Origin: the human T2T-CHM13v2.0 reference genome, Homo sapiens
Assembly (NCBI RefSeq): GCF_009914755.1
Contig: NC_060925.1
Length of the DNA stretch: 64,000 bases
Strand: one strand, 5' to 3'
Shown: piece by piece, positions 1 through 54,834 of the stretch
How the letters are laid out: each line of letters opens with the position of its first letter
How positions within the stretch are numbered: position 1 is the stretch's first letter
The notes under the pieces: model-generated
Seen by the model: the letters and a program-made list of their open reading frames with translations, nothing else
Databases searched by the model: none
Told to the model about the DNA's origin: nothing
Translations under genes and position numbers: made by a program

Positions 1-449
1 GAACATTACTAGACTGGAGTATATTTTTGGAGTGGCATTGTTGGTTTTAGAGGTATATGAATGATAAAACTTTAGTATTACATATTGTTGAACATTTTCC
101 CAAAGTGGTTGTACCATTTAGCAAGGATATTCTGGTTACCCCACATCCTCGCTGATGCCTGTCAGTTAAAAATCATTTTGCCATTCTAGTAGGGGTGCAG
201 TAATATATCAGTGTGGTTTCATTGAGATTGAGTATCTTTTATTGCCATTTATGTGTCTTCTTTTGTGACATGCCTGTTAAACCTTTTTATCCAGTTTTCA
301 TTGATATGCTTGTTTTCCTGTTGATTTGTAATACTTTATTCTGGATATGCCTCCTTTCTAGGATTTATATGTATTGCATTTCCCTTTTTTCAATCTGTAG
401 CTTGCGTTTTCACTCTTTTATGTTGTTTTTTCATGAATGGAGATTCTCT

Positions 450-3010
450 GTTTTTTTTCTTTTTGAAACAGGATCTCACTCCATTGCCCAGGCTGGAGTG
501 CAGTGGCACAATCACAGCTCACTGCAACCTTGACCTCACAAGGCTCAGATGATCCCCCTGCCTCAGCCCCCAAGTAGCTGGGACCTACAGGGGAGTACCA
601 CCACACTCAGCTGTTTTCTGTATTTTTAGTAGAGATGGGGTTTTGCCACATTGCATAGGCTGGTCTGGAATTCCTAGGCTCAAGTGATACACCTGCTTCG
701 GCCTCCCAAAGGATTGGGATTACAGGCATGAGCCACTGCACCCGGCCTGAGATTCTTAATTTTAATGAAATTATACTTTATCAATCTTTTCCTTTATGGT
801 TACTGCTTTTCATGTCATCTTTAAGAAATCAATGCCTAACCTAAGAGTATGAACACATTTTTCTGTGTTAACCTTATAACAATTTTATTTCAGTTTTTGC
901 ATTTTTTTTTTTTCAGACAGGGCCTCACTCTATTGCCCAGGCTAGAGTGTGGTGGCAGGATCTCAGCTCACTCAACCTCCATCTCCTGGCTCAAGTGATC
1001 CTCCCACCTCAGCCTCCTGAGTAGCTGCGACTATAGGCATGTGCCACCATGCCTGGCTAATTTTCGTATTTTTTGTAGAGATGGGGTTGCAACATGTTTC
1101 CCAGGTTGGTCTCGAACTCTTGGGCTCAAGTAATCTGCCCGCTTCAGCCTCCCAGAGTGCTGGAATTACAGGTGTGAGCCACCCCACCTGGCTATGATTC
1201 ACTTTTTACTACATGGATGTGTCTGCTTTATCCAGGACCATTTATTGAAAAGACCATCCTTTTCCTTCTGCACCATGTGGCACTTTTCTTCATAAATCGA
1301 TTGACTGTATGGTCATCTGATTTATGAAATTAGTGTGGGTCTGTTTCTGTTTCTGGACCAACCTGGGTAACATAGTGAGATCCTGTCTCTACAAAAGATA
1401 AAAATAATAAATAAATGAATAAAATTTAAAAAATAAGTGCATAGAGCAGATGGAGTCATAGGTGATAATTTATAAATGATTGTCAGTTTCTTGGCTACAT
1501 ACAGGTGTTGGTAATTCAGATGTGTTGGGCGTTCAGGCAAAATGTATTAAGTGAATTATATGGTGTTCAGAATGATTGCTAGAGGTTCACTGTGACTTCA
1601 ATTAGATGTTATTTGAGCCTCACAGAGCTGCAGTTTTGACTCTTTTATTTATTTGTCTTTTTGAAGTTTTTACAATCTTCCTGTCAAGGCAGTAACACTT
1701 TTATACTTAATTGTTCTTAGGTATACTTAATTAGCAAGAAAACTTTATGGATCATCCCTAAATAAGTGTTAAGCCATTTAAAGGGCTCACGTGATGTGAT
1801 ATAAACAATAGTATTCTACATAATAGTTTTAGGACTACATAGAATAATTTTTTTTTTTTTCTTGAGACAGTGTCTCGCTCTGTTGCCCAGGCTGGAGTGC
1901 AGTGGTATGATCATGGCTCTCTGCAGCCTTGATCTCTCAGGCTCAAGCAGTCCTCCCACCTCAGCCTCCTTAGTAGCTGGGTCTACAGGCATGCACCACT
2001 ATGCCTGGCTAATTTTCTCCTTTTTGTAGACAGGGTTTTCCTGTAGTGCCCAGACTGGTTTCAAACTCCTGGGCTGAAATGATCCTCCCACCTTGGCATC
2101 CCAAAGTGTTGGGATTACAAGCATGAGCCATCACACCTGGCCATTTTAGTTTTAATAATTTTTATGTTTTTCTAATTTAAAAGATTTACTAAAATCTCTT
2201 ACGGCTGTTATTTATGAATATAGTATTCATTGTTGTTATTATGATGATTTTGTATGTGTTCAATCTGATTTTCAATATAAGCTACCGGCAATTAGAGATT
2301 TTGTCTCTTTTATTCACCACTGTATTCTCAGTACTTGACCTTGCCTGGCATGAAACAGATATTGAATAAATATTTCTTAAAAGAATGAATGAATGAACAT
2401 ACTAATACCATATTCAACAATCTCCAAGTATCACAGTTTTCACCATCTAACAAATAAAATAGCTGTATAGAGTAGAGTCACAGTCAACCTGCCATGAAAG
2501 GAAATGTCAATGAAAAATAAACCTTCGTATGTGTAGCTGCTAAGATTTTGGGGCTTTTGTTACTGTAGTATAACCTAGCGAAAGCTCAGTGAGGCAGCAT
2601 ATACAATATATGTGTACAGATAGACCAGCTAGACCAGTAGATGAGATTCCAAAGATAGTTCAATAAGCATTAACTAACAACACCCACACTCTCTTAATTC
2701 CCTAACAAAAATAATGGAATTCTTGTTCACTAAGATCTGCCTCAAATATTACTTTGTGAAAACTTCCCTGGCTACTCTAGTATTTAGTCAGGACTCTATT
2801 TTTTTTCCCGCCGGGCTGGAGTACAGTGGTGCCATCATAGCTCACTAACCTCTAACTCAAGGCTCAAGGAATCCTCCTGCCTCAGCCTAAGGAATCCTCC
2901 TGCCTCAGCCTCCCGAGTAGCTGGGACTACAAGTGTGTGCCACCATGCTCAGCTTATTTTTCATTTTTTATTTTCCAAGACGGGGTCTTACTATGTTGCC
3001 CAGGCTGGTC
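450..3010 (-). repeat. Cluster of AluJ elements (about 450-747, 901-1192, 1848-2142, 2800-3010) inserted in old L1
   Basis: Poly-T followed by reverse Alu consensus (cccaggctggagtgcagtgg...ggattacaggc). Confidence 0.9.
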
Positions 3011-3318
3011 AGGACTGTTGATTACATATGACAGAAACCCAACCACCTCTAGTTCCCACCACCTTTCAACCTGCTCTTCCCTGGGTCTTCCCAGTCTCCG
3101 TAAATGGCAGCTCCATCCTTCAAGTTGCCGAAGCCCCAAATCTCAATGTTAACCTTGATTTCTCTCTTTTATCTCACAGGCAATCTGAAGGCAAATCCTG
3201 TTTAGACCCAGGCGAAGGTTCCTGGTGACCCAGGCTCTCACCAGCCAATTGTCCCTTGCCGTCCTCCTGAGGGTATCTGGAGCTTCAGTGCTGTGTGCTC
3301 TTGGCCTCCACACTGGGG

Positions 3319-41311
<37,993 letters not shown>

Positions 41312-42909
41312 GCAGCCCTTACTAAGCTGAGAGATGTCATTGCTGCAGGCAGGACCTATAGGCACATGTAGGTTTGAATGAAACTGTAGTTCCCTTTGGA
41401 AGCCCAGTCATAGGATGGGAAAGTGGGCATGGCTCTATTCCTATTCTCAGACCTTGCCAGTGGCCACCTGTGCTCAGTCTGAAGACATTGGACCCAAGTT
41501 AGGTGTGACACGTTCACACGACTATGTAGCACATGCCGGGAGTGATCTGCCAGACATTCTAATTTGAACCAGATATCTCTGGGTAGCTACAAAGTTCCTC
41601 AGGGGTTTCATTTTGCAGGCATGTCTCTGAGCTGCTATACCTGCTCAAGGTCAGTGTCATCTTTGTGTTTAGCTCATCCAAAGGTGTTACCCTGGTTTCA
41701 TTGAACCTAACCCCATTCTTTGTATCTTCAGTGTTGGTTTGTTTTAGCTGATCCATCTGTAACACAGGAGGGATCCTTGGCTGAGGATTGTATTTCAGAA
41801 CCACTGACTGCTCTTGACAGTTGTTAACCCACTAGGCTCCTTTGAGTAGAGAAGCCATAGTCCTTCAGCCTCCAATTGATATCAATACTTAGGAAGACCA
41901 CAGCTAGACGGACAAACAGCATTGGGAGGCCTTAGTCCTGCTCCTTTCAATTCCATCCTGTAAAGAACAGGAGTCAGGAGCCGCTGGCAAGAGACAGCAT
42001 GTCACCCGGGACTCTGCTGGTGCAGAATATGAACAATGCCATGTTCTTGCAGAAAACGCTTAGCCTGAGTTTCATAGGAGGTAATCACCAGACAACTGCA
42101 GAATGTAGAACACTGAGCAGGACAACTGACCTGTCTCCTTCACACAGTCCACGTCACCACGAATCACACAACAAAAAGGAGGAGAGATATTTTGGGTTCA
42201 GAAGAAGTAAATGATAATGTAGCTACATTTCTTTAGTTATTTTGAACCCCAAATATTTCCTCATCTTTTTGTTGTTGTCATTGATTGTGGTGACATGGAC
42301 TTGTTTGTAGAGGACAGGTCAGCTGTCTGGCTCAATGGTCTACATTCTGAAGTTGTCTGAAAATGTCTTCATGATTAAATTCAGCCTAAACGTTTCATCA
42401 AGAACACTACAGAGTCGATACTGTGAGTTTCCAACCTCAGCCCATCTGTGGGCAGAGAAGGTCTAGTTTGTCCATCAGCATTATCATGATATCAGGACTG
42501 GTTACTTGGTTAAGGAGGGGTCTAGGAGATCTGTCCCTTTTAGAGACACCTTACTTATGATGAAGTATTTGGGAGAGTGGTTTTTAAAAGTAGAAATGTC
42601 CTGTATTCCAGTGATCATCCTGTAAACATTTTATCATTTATTAATCATCCCTGCCTGTGTCTATTATTATATTCATATCTCTACGCTGGAAACTTTCTGC
42701 CTCAATGTTTACTGTGCCTTTGTTTTTGCTAGTGTGTGTTGTTGAAAAAAAAACATTCTCTGCCTGAGTTTTAATTTTTGTCCAAAGTTATTTTAATCTA
42801 TACAATTAAAAACTTTTGCCTATCACTCTGGACTGTTGGATTGTTTTTTACATTCAGCGTTATAATCTTTTGTTATGCTGATTGGTTTTGGTGGGTACTG
42901 ATGCGAATT

Positions 42910-42915
42910 AATAAA
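42910..42915 (+). terminator. Probable polyadenylation signal (3'UTR about 41312-42935)
   Basis: AATAAA followed about 15-30 nt later by U-rich ctgtttattttct. Confidence 0.65.
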
Positions 42916-44189
42916 AACATTTTCATTTCCCTGTTTATTTTCTAATCTCTTCCACCTTGTAGGCTATGTTTACCATATGTAGCAGAATGCATGTACTCCA
43001 TTTCTTGGTTCTAGATATTTATATTCTTTGTGAGAGTGTGTGTGTGTGTGTCTGCGTGTGCCTCTGGCATTTAGGAAGGGTTGTGTAGCTCATGTTTGAT
43101 ATTGACTAAAAATGTTTCATAGTTTTCCCCCCTTTGAACTAGACACACTTCTAATATTTGGTTTATACGTTTTAAATTATGACTTTCAACATCAAATATT
43201 TCCATATGACAGTCAATTACATGATGTGTTTTCTTTTTCCTACCTCCTTTACCTGCCACTTCTCATAATCGTATTTGAACCTAAACATACACCAGTGACA
43301 TTCTGTGGTTGTCATCTTGCCCACACCTTGGTTTTTGGTTTAGATCCACAATTAAATATATTAATGCTCATGAGCTGTTCAAAAGTGAATGTCACAGTCA
43401 TCACTTGCTGAGTGGTACTCATCCTAACAGAGTCCTCATGAGGGAATCAGGTCTCGCTGAGTTTAGCATGTTTAATAATCTTCCTCACGGTCTTGATACA
43501 TGGATCGCATTACTGGATATAAGGTGTTTGCCCAAAATGATTTTTCTTGTGTTTTTAGGAGCTATTGTCTTCCTTGCGGGACATACATGGTGTATGTTCT
43601 CGTTGTGGGATTCTATTTTGTTCTACCAGGACCTATAATTTCTGCCAGTTACTTCATTTGTTCTCTTCACCATGAGTCTCCAGAGGATGCTTCCTTTGTC
43701 CATGCCTCCCCATCTCCCAGCAATTCTGCATTTCCAAGACTGGCACCTCTGGTCCTCTGCATGGTGAAGCCCCTTCCTTTCAATTCCCCAGTAGCCAGTG
43801 CTCTAATCCACCAGGTCTCAGGCATGATCTGTGTTTCTCCACATGCTCTTTCTGAGGATAGTTTTACCTGTGTTCTGTCATGAACAGGCCCTCCCTGCTG
43901 TCCTGGCCTCGATTTGCTTAGTGTTTCCTGCTCCCTCTGCCCTTGTGTGGCTCCCAGACCAAGTGAAAGAAAATCACCTGAGGGCCACAGTGTTCCCTAG
44001 CCCTGGCGTTTAGGGACAGGGTTATGGGTGGGATTTTTGACTCTCTAAGTTAACCCCTAGGGCTTTGAAGTGTCTGTTGAGAAATTCAGCTGTTATCATC
44101 CTAGGTGGTCTTGCTCTCTCCTATCCTCCTACTTCAAATGCAGAACTTCAATCGTGTACAAAAGAAGACCAAGTCATATAACAGAACAC

Positions 44190-44512
44190 ACCCTTATTCA
44201 TTGGCTGGCTTCACCAATCATCTCATGGCTGAACTTTTAAAAATACACTCTTAGCCACATACCTATGAAATGTATATGTGTGTGTATACATATGTGAATT
44301 TGCTTCTGAGATTATGGAGGCTGAAATTCCCAAGATGGAAGGAAAGCTGGATACCCAGGAAAGCATTTGTTTCCTATTAGGCCTCTTAATTCTCTCCTGG
44401 CCTTTGATTGATTGTATGAGTCCCACCCCCGTTAAGGGGGCAATCTGCTTCACTTAGTCTGCCCATCCCGATCTTAATCACATGCGAAACACTCTCTGGA
44501 ACATCCAAGAAT
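44190..44512 (-). mobile_element. Truncated MLT2 LTR fragment
   Basis: gattatggaggctga and gattgattgtatgagtcccaccc...ggcaatctgctt motifs. Confidence 0.55.
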
Positions 44513-44881
44513 TTGACATCCAAGAATTTAGCACTAATACAATAATATTATCCAATGTAGATATATTCAGATTTCCCCAGTTGTACCAATAATGCCTTGT
44601 ATAGCTGTTTTTGAAAGGGAAAATTTTCAAAGGAGAAACTTTGCATACAGTGAAATTCATAGATCTTAGGTGTACATTTCAATGACTTGCACTAAATATA
44701 TACTCTTCTACCATCATCTCTATATGTTGATACAGGACATTTCCATTGCCCCAAAAGTTTCTCCTTCCAGTCCCTCCCCTTTCCCCTCAACATCTTTTAT
44801 TATTGTGGTAAGTAGTTCTGGGGATGATTGATTCATCTACAACTTTAGAATTTGCAAAACATATCCCCTTCACCTTTTTAA

Positions 44882-46416
<1,535 letters not shown>

Positions 46417-47607
46417 TAAAGTATACAAAATGAACAAACACACAAACAAACAAAACGGAAGTACCCAGTGCCCTTAGAGGGTATAATGGGGGTTCTGACT
46501 CTCTCAGGGCTGCTGATCAGGAAGGGCATGGCATCCAGGAGGAGGTGAACCTTTATCAGAGAACAAAGGAAACAGGATAGAATGAGGCAAGGCTTTTAAA
46601 GAATAGAGCAGGGCTCTCCAGGAAGATGAGACAGGGTGTGCAAATGTCCTGTGGCAGGAGAGAGTATGGTGCATTCAAAGAACTAAAAGGCTCAGGTAGC
46701 TACAGCAAGAAGCAAGATGTGGCTGAAGCTGGTAAGGACCAAGCTTTGCAGGGCCCAGCCAACACTAGTTGGAAATCAGGTCACACAACAGCAAGGAGGC
46801 GCTGTGGGTGGCTTTTCAGCAGGGGTGTGGTTAGGGGTGTGACGTGATCAGACCTGCCCTGGGAAGAGAAAGCAGTGTCACTTCCTGAGACCACGGGGAC
46901 GCCTTGCAGCCATCCTGGGGAGGAACTAGTTGCCTGGACCAGGATGGTAGTGATGGAGACGAGGAGATGGTCAGATTTTGGAAATATTTAGGGATCATTG
47001 GTAAAACTCACAGGACTTGGAGATGGTCTGGACACAGGGAGGAAGGGACAAGGAGGAGGACCAAGTCTCAGGTGTGAGGAGTTACAGTTGGAGAAGGACT
47101 GAGGGCTGGAGAGGAGTTGGGTACCATTATCCTCCTCTTGAGTTGAAAAAGCCAAGGTTCTGTGAGGTAAAAAGACTGAACATGGCCAGAGAGTTCGAGG
47201 GGGCCGGGGGTGGTGGCAATGATGCTGTTGTGAACACCTGCTGCTCCGGGACTTCCAGCCGGGGAACGGGGGTGGTGGTAAGAAATGCTCTGTTGCTGAA
47301 GGTCTGGGATCATCCACGTCTGGGCATTCTGGAAGAAAACTTCGCACCTCATATGGAAGACGGAGCTAGCAAGAATGGAGCCAAGAAACCGTTTCCTGGG
47401 AGCACAAAAATATCCTGGGCAGCAGCTGCCCCACTAACAGCACGTGGTACGTGGCACACAGTAGGCGCTCAATGGCCCACGACACTCTGCTGAGGCTGGC
47501 CCAGCACCTGAAGCCTAGGGGCCGTTGGGGCGACTGCTCTGCCCACTCCTTCTCACCCACCTCTTGGCTACCTCAGATTTCGGGGTCAATCAAGAATAGT
47601 AACCCCT

Positions 47608-48290
<683 letters not shown>

Positions 48291-48462
48291 AAGAAAACCT
48301 ACTGCATGACAGGGACAATGCTGGTCTTTACACCTATTCTGAAGATTTAATTACTAGATTGATTTAAGAGTAAATTAATTTCCATTTACTTTTTATTTTT
48401 ATTTTTTTAGAGACAGGGTCTTGTTCTGTCACCCAGGCTGGAGTGCAGTGGTGCGATCATAT

Positions 48463-49401
48463 TGATAGCAGCAGGAGGCAGACAAATGCCTAGGTAGATA
48501 GGGGCGGGTCCCCGGTGAAACCACAGCTTCAAGCCAAAAACAGCTGGACTGCTGGTTCCAGAGGAGTGAGAACTTCTGTTCCTGTTTGCCTACCCTTTAC
48601 TGACTGGCTCTTTCTGAATAATGCTCTTTAACCAATCAAATGTTGCCTTTTTCAATACTACTTACAGCCTGCCCCTCCCCGATGCTATGCCTGTAAAAAT
48701 CCCAGACTCAGCCACACTGAGGGAGATGACCTGACTTTGGGTGAGACACCACCTACCCATCCCCTTTCCTCCAAGAGCTGTTTTGTAGCTCAGTAACATT
48801 CTCAGCCCTCATCACCCTTCAATCGTCGGCATGACTTCATTTTTCTTGGACGAGGGACAAGAGCTAGGGACCTACCGAATGTGAGTACCCAGAAGGCTGT
48901 AGCACTGTGGCCCTCTGCCCTCTGCTGGTGGAGGGCAGCCGCTCCATCTGACAGAAGCAGTGGTGAGGCTGAGCCAGTCCTGGAGCCCTGGGCCAGAGCA
49001 GGGCAAGGAGCTGAGTGAGCTGCTAACACACTGCTGTCCATCAGGCTGCAGATGGTGGAACTGAGAGCTAATTAGCATACTGTAACACCCCCTCTGGGGC
49101 TTTGGCATTGAAAACACCCCTGCCTGGGCACCACTGTGTTCCCTTCTGGGCAACACGCCTGGTCCAGCCACCAGCCTTGCACGGAGCCTGCTCCTGTGTT
49201 GGGGCTCAGCGCTCAGAACAGCCAGCCAGACCCCACAATCACTTACTCACACACCCCCTCCCTCCTGGGACTGAGTGCACAGTCGCAGGGGCCACAGGAT
49301 CCACACTGGAAGCTTGCCTTCAAGCACAGCCCAGCGGGCCAAGTTGACGGGGCATCTCCTGCTGTGAGCCTGACAAAGGGAGCAAAAAAAATCCTGCGCC
49401 A
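48463..49401 (+). mobile_element. ERV1 solo LTR (LTR1/LTR27/LTR28-like) inserted in an AluJ
   Basis: TG...CA ends, 939 bp, 4-bp TSD atat/atag. The Alu sequence gatcatagctcactg is split around it. Confidence 0.8.
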
Positions 49402-49523
49402 ATAGCTCACTGCAGTCTCGACCTCCCGGGCTCCAGTGATCCCCCTCCCACATCAGCCTCCTGAGTAACTGGGACTGCAAGTGCGCACCACCATGCCCAG
49501 CTAAGTTTTTTGACTTTTTGTAG

Positions 49524-49775
<252 letters not shown>

Positions 49776-50902
49776 TAAGTATTGGGTCAAAGAGGTCAAG
49801 GTTGGTTCTGAAGCTCCCCAGGGTTCAGAAATTTGGAAAAGTAAAATTGATGCTGGTGTAACTGGCAGAGTTCAATTTCAATTTCCTAAGCACCTCCCTG
49901 CTGCACCCCTTGAGAGTGGGGAGGAGACAAAATTCCCAAGCAGGGGGAAGTGATTACATTTCACTCAAATACTTGGCAACCTGCCCCAGAGGGTAATTAG
50001 CATTGAATGCTGAAAATAGGGGAGAGCAAAGGCTGAGTAGGGCCCCTGGGAGAAGTGGCAACAGATTATTGTTTAGAACTGCGAGTTTCAACAGCAGTGG
50101 TTTTCTTCCAGAGAAGAGGTCTGCCTTGCCTTCCTCTCCAGAGCCCTCTAGGTTAGATGAGAGTGATGCCAGTGAGGCCCTTCGCCATCTCCTATCCCTG
50201 CTGTTAGGACCCTAGGACCCAGTAGCAGTTCACATCAGTGAGGTTCTGCCTGCAACACTTTTATCCACAGGCTCCCTAAACCTCACCGGTCGTGGCCCAA
50301 GAGAGCCTGTTGGTCCCTGGGTTGCTGTGTCCACAGCAGGCTGCCATTGTGTATAGGACACCTGGCTGCAGGAAAGGTTTACTGAGCACTTAATGTGTGG
50401 AAGACATTCTGCTAGTGCTTTGCAGGGAACAGAGGTTAGATCCATCTCTTGTCCCCAGGGAGCTCACAGCCTCATAGAAGCTCTACTCCTTGCCCAGAGT
50501 AGAAAACTCTCCAGGGTGGTAATCCGACGTGGTCTTAAATAACCCCAACCACAGATTAGGAAGGTTTTCCTTTTTCAGTTTTGTTTCCATCTATCAGAGC
50601 CACTACATCTTCAACACTTCCCTACCACTGGCTAAAAGTCTGTGGCAGGCAAATGAGATTGGTTTTCCATTTATAATGGCGATTTAATTATAAAATAAAT
50701 CTATTGCAGTTAAAAAAAGAAAAGGTGGCTGGATGCTGCAGCTCACTTCTGTAATCCCAGCATTTTGGGAGGCTGAGGCAGGAGGATTGCTTGAGCTCAG
50801 GAGTTCGAGACTAGCCTGGGCAATATAGTGACACCCTATCTCTGCAAGAAAAAAAAAAATTAGCTAGGTGTGGTGGTGCACACCTGTAGTCTCAGCTACT
50901 TA

Positions 50903-51088
<186 letters not shown>

Positions 51089-51469
51089 CTAAGTAATAGT
51101 ACAAGTGGTGACCTTTGGACGTGCCAACAACTAAGAAAGAGGTAAGCAGCTATCTAGAATTTGAGAGAACTCTCTAGAAGGGGAACTCACTGCCCCCACC
51201 CAGCACCAGCGACTCACAAGTATCCTGTGGAATCCCTGTCCCACGTATTTCCAAAATATGCTAAAGATTCGAGGACTTTTGTTTTGGCCCAGGATCAACT
51301 GGTAAAGGACCTCCTTGGGATAGGAGAGCCATGAACAAGTTTGGTATTGTTTTCCGTGAGGATGCTTCCCTCCCTCCACCAACTCCACTCCCTGGGAAAA
51401 AAATTAACATAAACAAAAGCACTTGGATTCAGTTAACACTGGGTGAGCTGAACATTGTTTCGAAACTAA

Positions 51470-51706
<237 letters not shown>

Positions 51707-52550
51707 TGATCCACCTGCCTCGGTCTCCCAAAGTGCTAAGATTACAGGCGTGAGCCACTGCGCCTGGCCGAAACTAAGTTTTAAGATAATTCAAGGGGCA
51801 GTGGTAAAACAGAAAAGGTCTTCTACCCAGAGAGAGAGAGAGAGAGAGAAAGAGAAAGAGAGAGGTGAGGACTTGGGGCCACCAGTTCCATTGTTGAAGA
51901 CTCAACTCCCAGCACCAAGGTCCGCTTTAGACCTTAGACTCCCAGAGCATGGTGAGACCCCGTCACCCACCTCTTCTATGTAATTAGAAATGTCAACGAC
52001 ACTCACCCACAAACACCTAACATGTATGCCAACATTGAAAGTAGTTTATACTTCGGGATTGCTAACTTACTGAATGCAAAATTTTGCATAAGATGGTTGA
52101 ATGGACTTTTGTTCTTGGGTTTTGTATAGATTTGGGGGTTCTCCCACTTTCCTGCCCTCACTTTTTAATAGTAAACACTGGTTCCTAAGGAAGGGTGGGG
52201 CTATGACCTGGCCCAGCTCAGGGGCTGCCGCTGTACCCAGGCTCAGAGTGTGAACGTATCAACTGCAGGCTCACTCTGCTGTCAGTCCCCTGCTGGTCTG
52301 TTAGCCAGTCAGTCAGTAGCCTGTCCCGCCTCTTTGGCACCAGGTAGATTCCCACGCAGGCAATAATCATCAGAGTTTTCTCCCCACAGAGCCCCTGCAC
52401 TGGGGATACTGGAAAATCAGGAAACAGCGACTGCCCTCACAGGTGCAGAAAACGGCCCAATAATAGGGAACAAAGTAGTCTCTCATCGGCTGGGCATGCT
52501 GGCTCACATCTGTAATCCCAGCACTTTGGGAGGCCAAGACGGACGGATCA

Positions 52551-52799
<249 letters not shown>

Positions 52800-54095
52800 T
52801 CATCCATTGTCATGACACACAGTAGCAATGAAAGACACATTCCCAGACTGGCAGAGCAGGGCTGGGCCCCAGACCATGCCTCCTCCAACCTTGTCATTTT
52901 ACAAATAAGGAAGTAAGAGTTCAGTGTTACTAGTGGCTCACACAAAGGAGGGCCGGGGTGTGTGTGCATGTGTCATTGAATTACGGATGAAAAAATCTTC
53001 ATTGAATCAGAATAGAACTTTGTTGTAAGTTTGCTGGAGCAGAGAAGAGGTTGGAACCAGGTCTGGTTGAGCTACTTAGGCATGGTGCAGAGACCGTGGG
53101 GTGGAAAGAGCTGGGGAGCGGGTACCTGTGGTGGATTCTGACCCACCTCTGTTCATGCAAATGGCTGCTTGGTCTATAAGCAGCCTCTATCTAAGCAAGT
53201 ACAGAAGCACTGAGATTGGTACTCCTTTGGAGGAAATATTTTGACGTGCCGTGACCAGCCCAGCTCTGAGGCCTGGAGAGAGCTCCCTTCTGCCTGCCCA
53301 GTTCTGGGGAATGTCCCTTTCTGCCCTCAGGGATGCAGTGCCCACACTCTGGAGCTGGTGGCCATAATGGTTGTCTCTACAGACCATGTTGAGCAAGTTG
53401 CTTTCTGTCCCCTCTCTCCTAGGGGGAGGTCAGGTGATACTGGGACACGGAGAATATTTGAGTGTGAACCATCCTTAAATGGAGATGATTCTGTGCACGC
53501 TCCAGGCGCACACATGGGCACATGCCCACTCACATGCCCACAGGGCTTGAAGCAGGAGAGGTACGGGGGTGGGTGGGTTGTGTCTTCTCTCCATGGAGAA
53601 ATAAAAAAGTTGGATGATTGTGGCTCATGTTACAGAGAAATAAGGAAGTGAATTTTTGGGGTAGAACATTTTTTAGTAACACAAAACTAATATTTGGATG
53701 GGGGAAATTGTGAGACTATGACTGGAAATTCCGGGGATCTCCATTGGCTTAGGAAAGCTCCATTCGGTCAGGCTTCTCCCGTACTGGAAGCGGGAACTGG
53801 AAAGTCAGAGACTGAAGCTATTTGCCTGGTGTCTTGGGCTGCAGGTGTCTCTTACCTCAGTTTCTCTCTCAGTAACTGCTCTCTTCTCTCTCAGCTCCTC
53901 AGATTCCACCAGCTAACCTTGACCCTCAAGACCCAGGAGAATCTGATCTTTCATCCCTCATGGCCAACAACTGCCCTTCCCTGACTTTCTTAGTTCAGAT
54001 TCTGATTGTGAATCTGATTGGCTCAGCTCCTCCTTTTGAATCAGGAGACAAGACCAGGGATTGGCTGAACCCCATCTAGTCAGCTGTGGCTAGAG

Positions 54096-54097
<2 letters not shown>

Positions 54098-54138
<41 letters not shown>

Positions 54139-54145
54139 TATGTGT
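54098..54145 (+). repeat. (TG)n microsatellite
   Basis: Directly visible. Confidence 0.95.
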
Positions 54146-54229
54146 GGTGTCCTGGGATGGCTGCTTAGTGCAACAGGTGTTGTGGTAGCTTCCCCAGCAT
54201 CAGGGAACCTGCAAGCAGGGCCTCTAGGT

Positions 54230-54792
54230 GTGTCTAAGTTTGTTTTTTGTTGCTTATAATAGAATATCTGAAGCTGAGTAATTTATAAGGAAAAATAATT
54301 TATACCTTACAGTTATGGAGGCTGAGAAGTGCAAGGTCACGGGGTTGCATCTGGTAAGGGCCTTCTTGCTGGTGGAATCCTGAGGCAGTGCAGGGTATCA
54401 CACGGCGAGGGGGCTGAGCATGCTAGTTCAAGTCTCTCTTTCCTCTTCTCTTCTTTAAGAGACAGAGTCTCGCTCTGTCACCCAAGTTGGAGTGCAGTGG
54501 TGTGATCATAGCTCACTGTAGCCTCAAACTCCTGGGCTCTAGAGATCCTTCTGCCTCAGCCTCCCAAGTAGCTGAGACTACAGGAGCTGACAACTACATC
54601 TGAATTCATCTTCTTCTTCTTATAAAGACATCAGTTCCACTTGTATGATAACTCATTAATCCATAAATGGATTAATCTGTTCACGAGAGCAGAGCGAGCC
54701 CCTTATGAGCACTTCTTAAAGGCACCACCCCTCAATACTGCCACATGCAGGATTGTCAACCTTAATCTTGGAGGGGACATTCAAACCGGAGC
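54230..54792 (-). mobile_element. MST LTR interrupted by an Alu monomer (about 54450-54600)
   Basis: ttacagttatggaggctgagaag...gggacattcaaacc motifs flank Alu sequence. Confidence 0.65.
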
Positions 54793-54834
54793 AGCGTGTG
54801 TCCTCTTAGTTGTAGAACCAAGGAGCAAAAGTAG

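Noticed and set aside
1-3179. NBPF3 promoter or CpG island
   Set aside because: No CpG-rich segment here. Exon 3180 begins with a splice acceptor, so the promoter lies upstream of the window.
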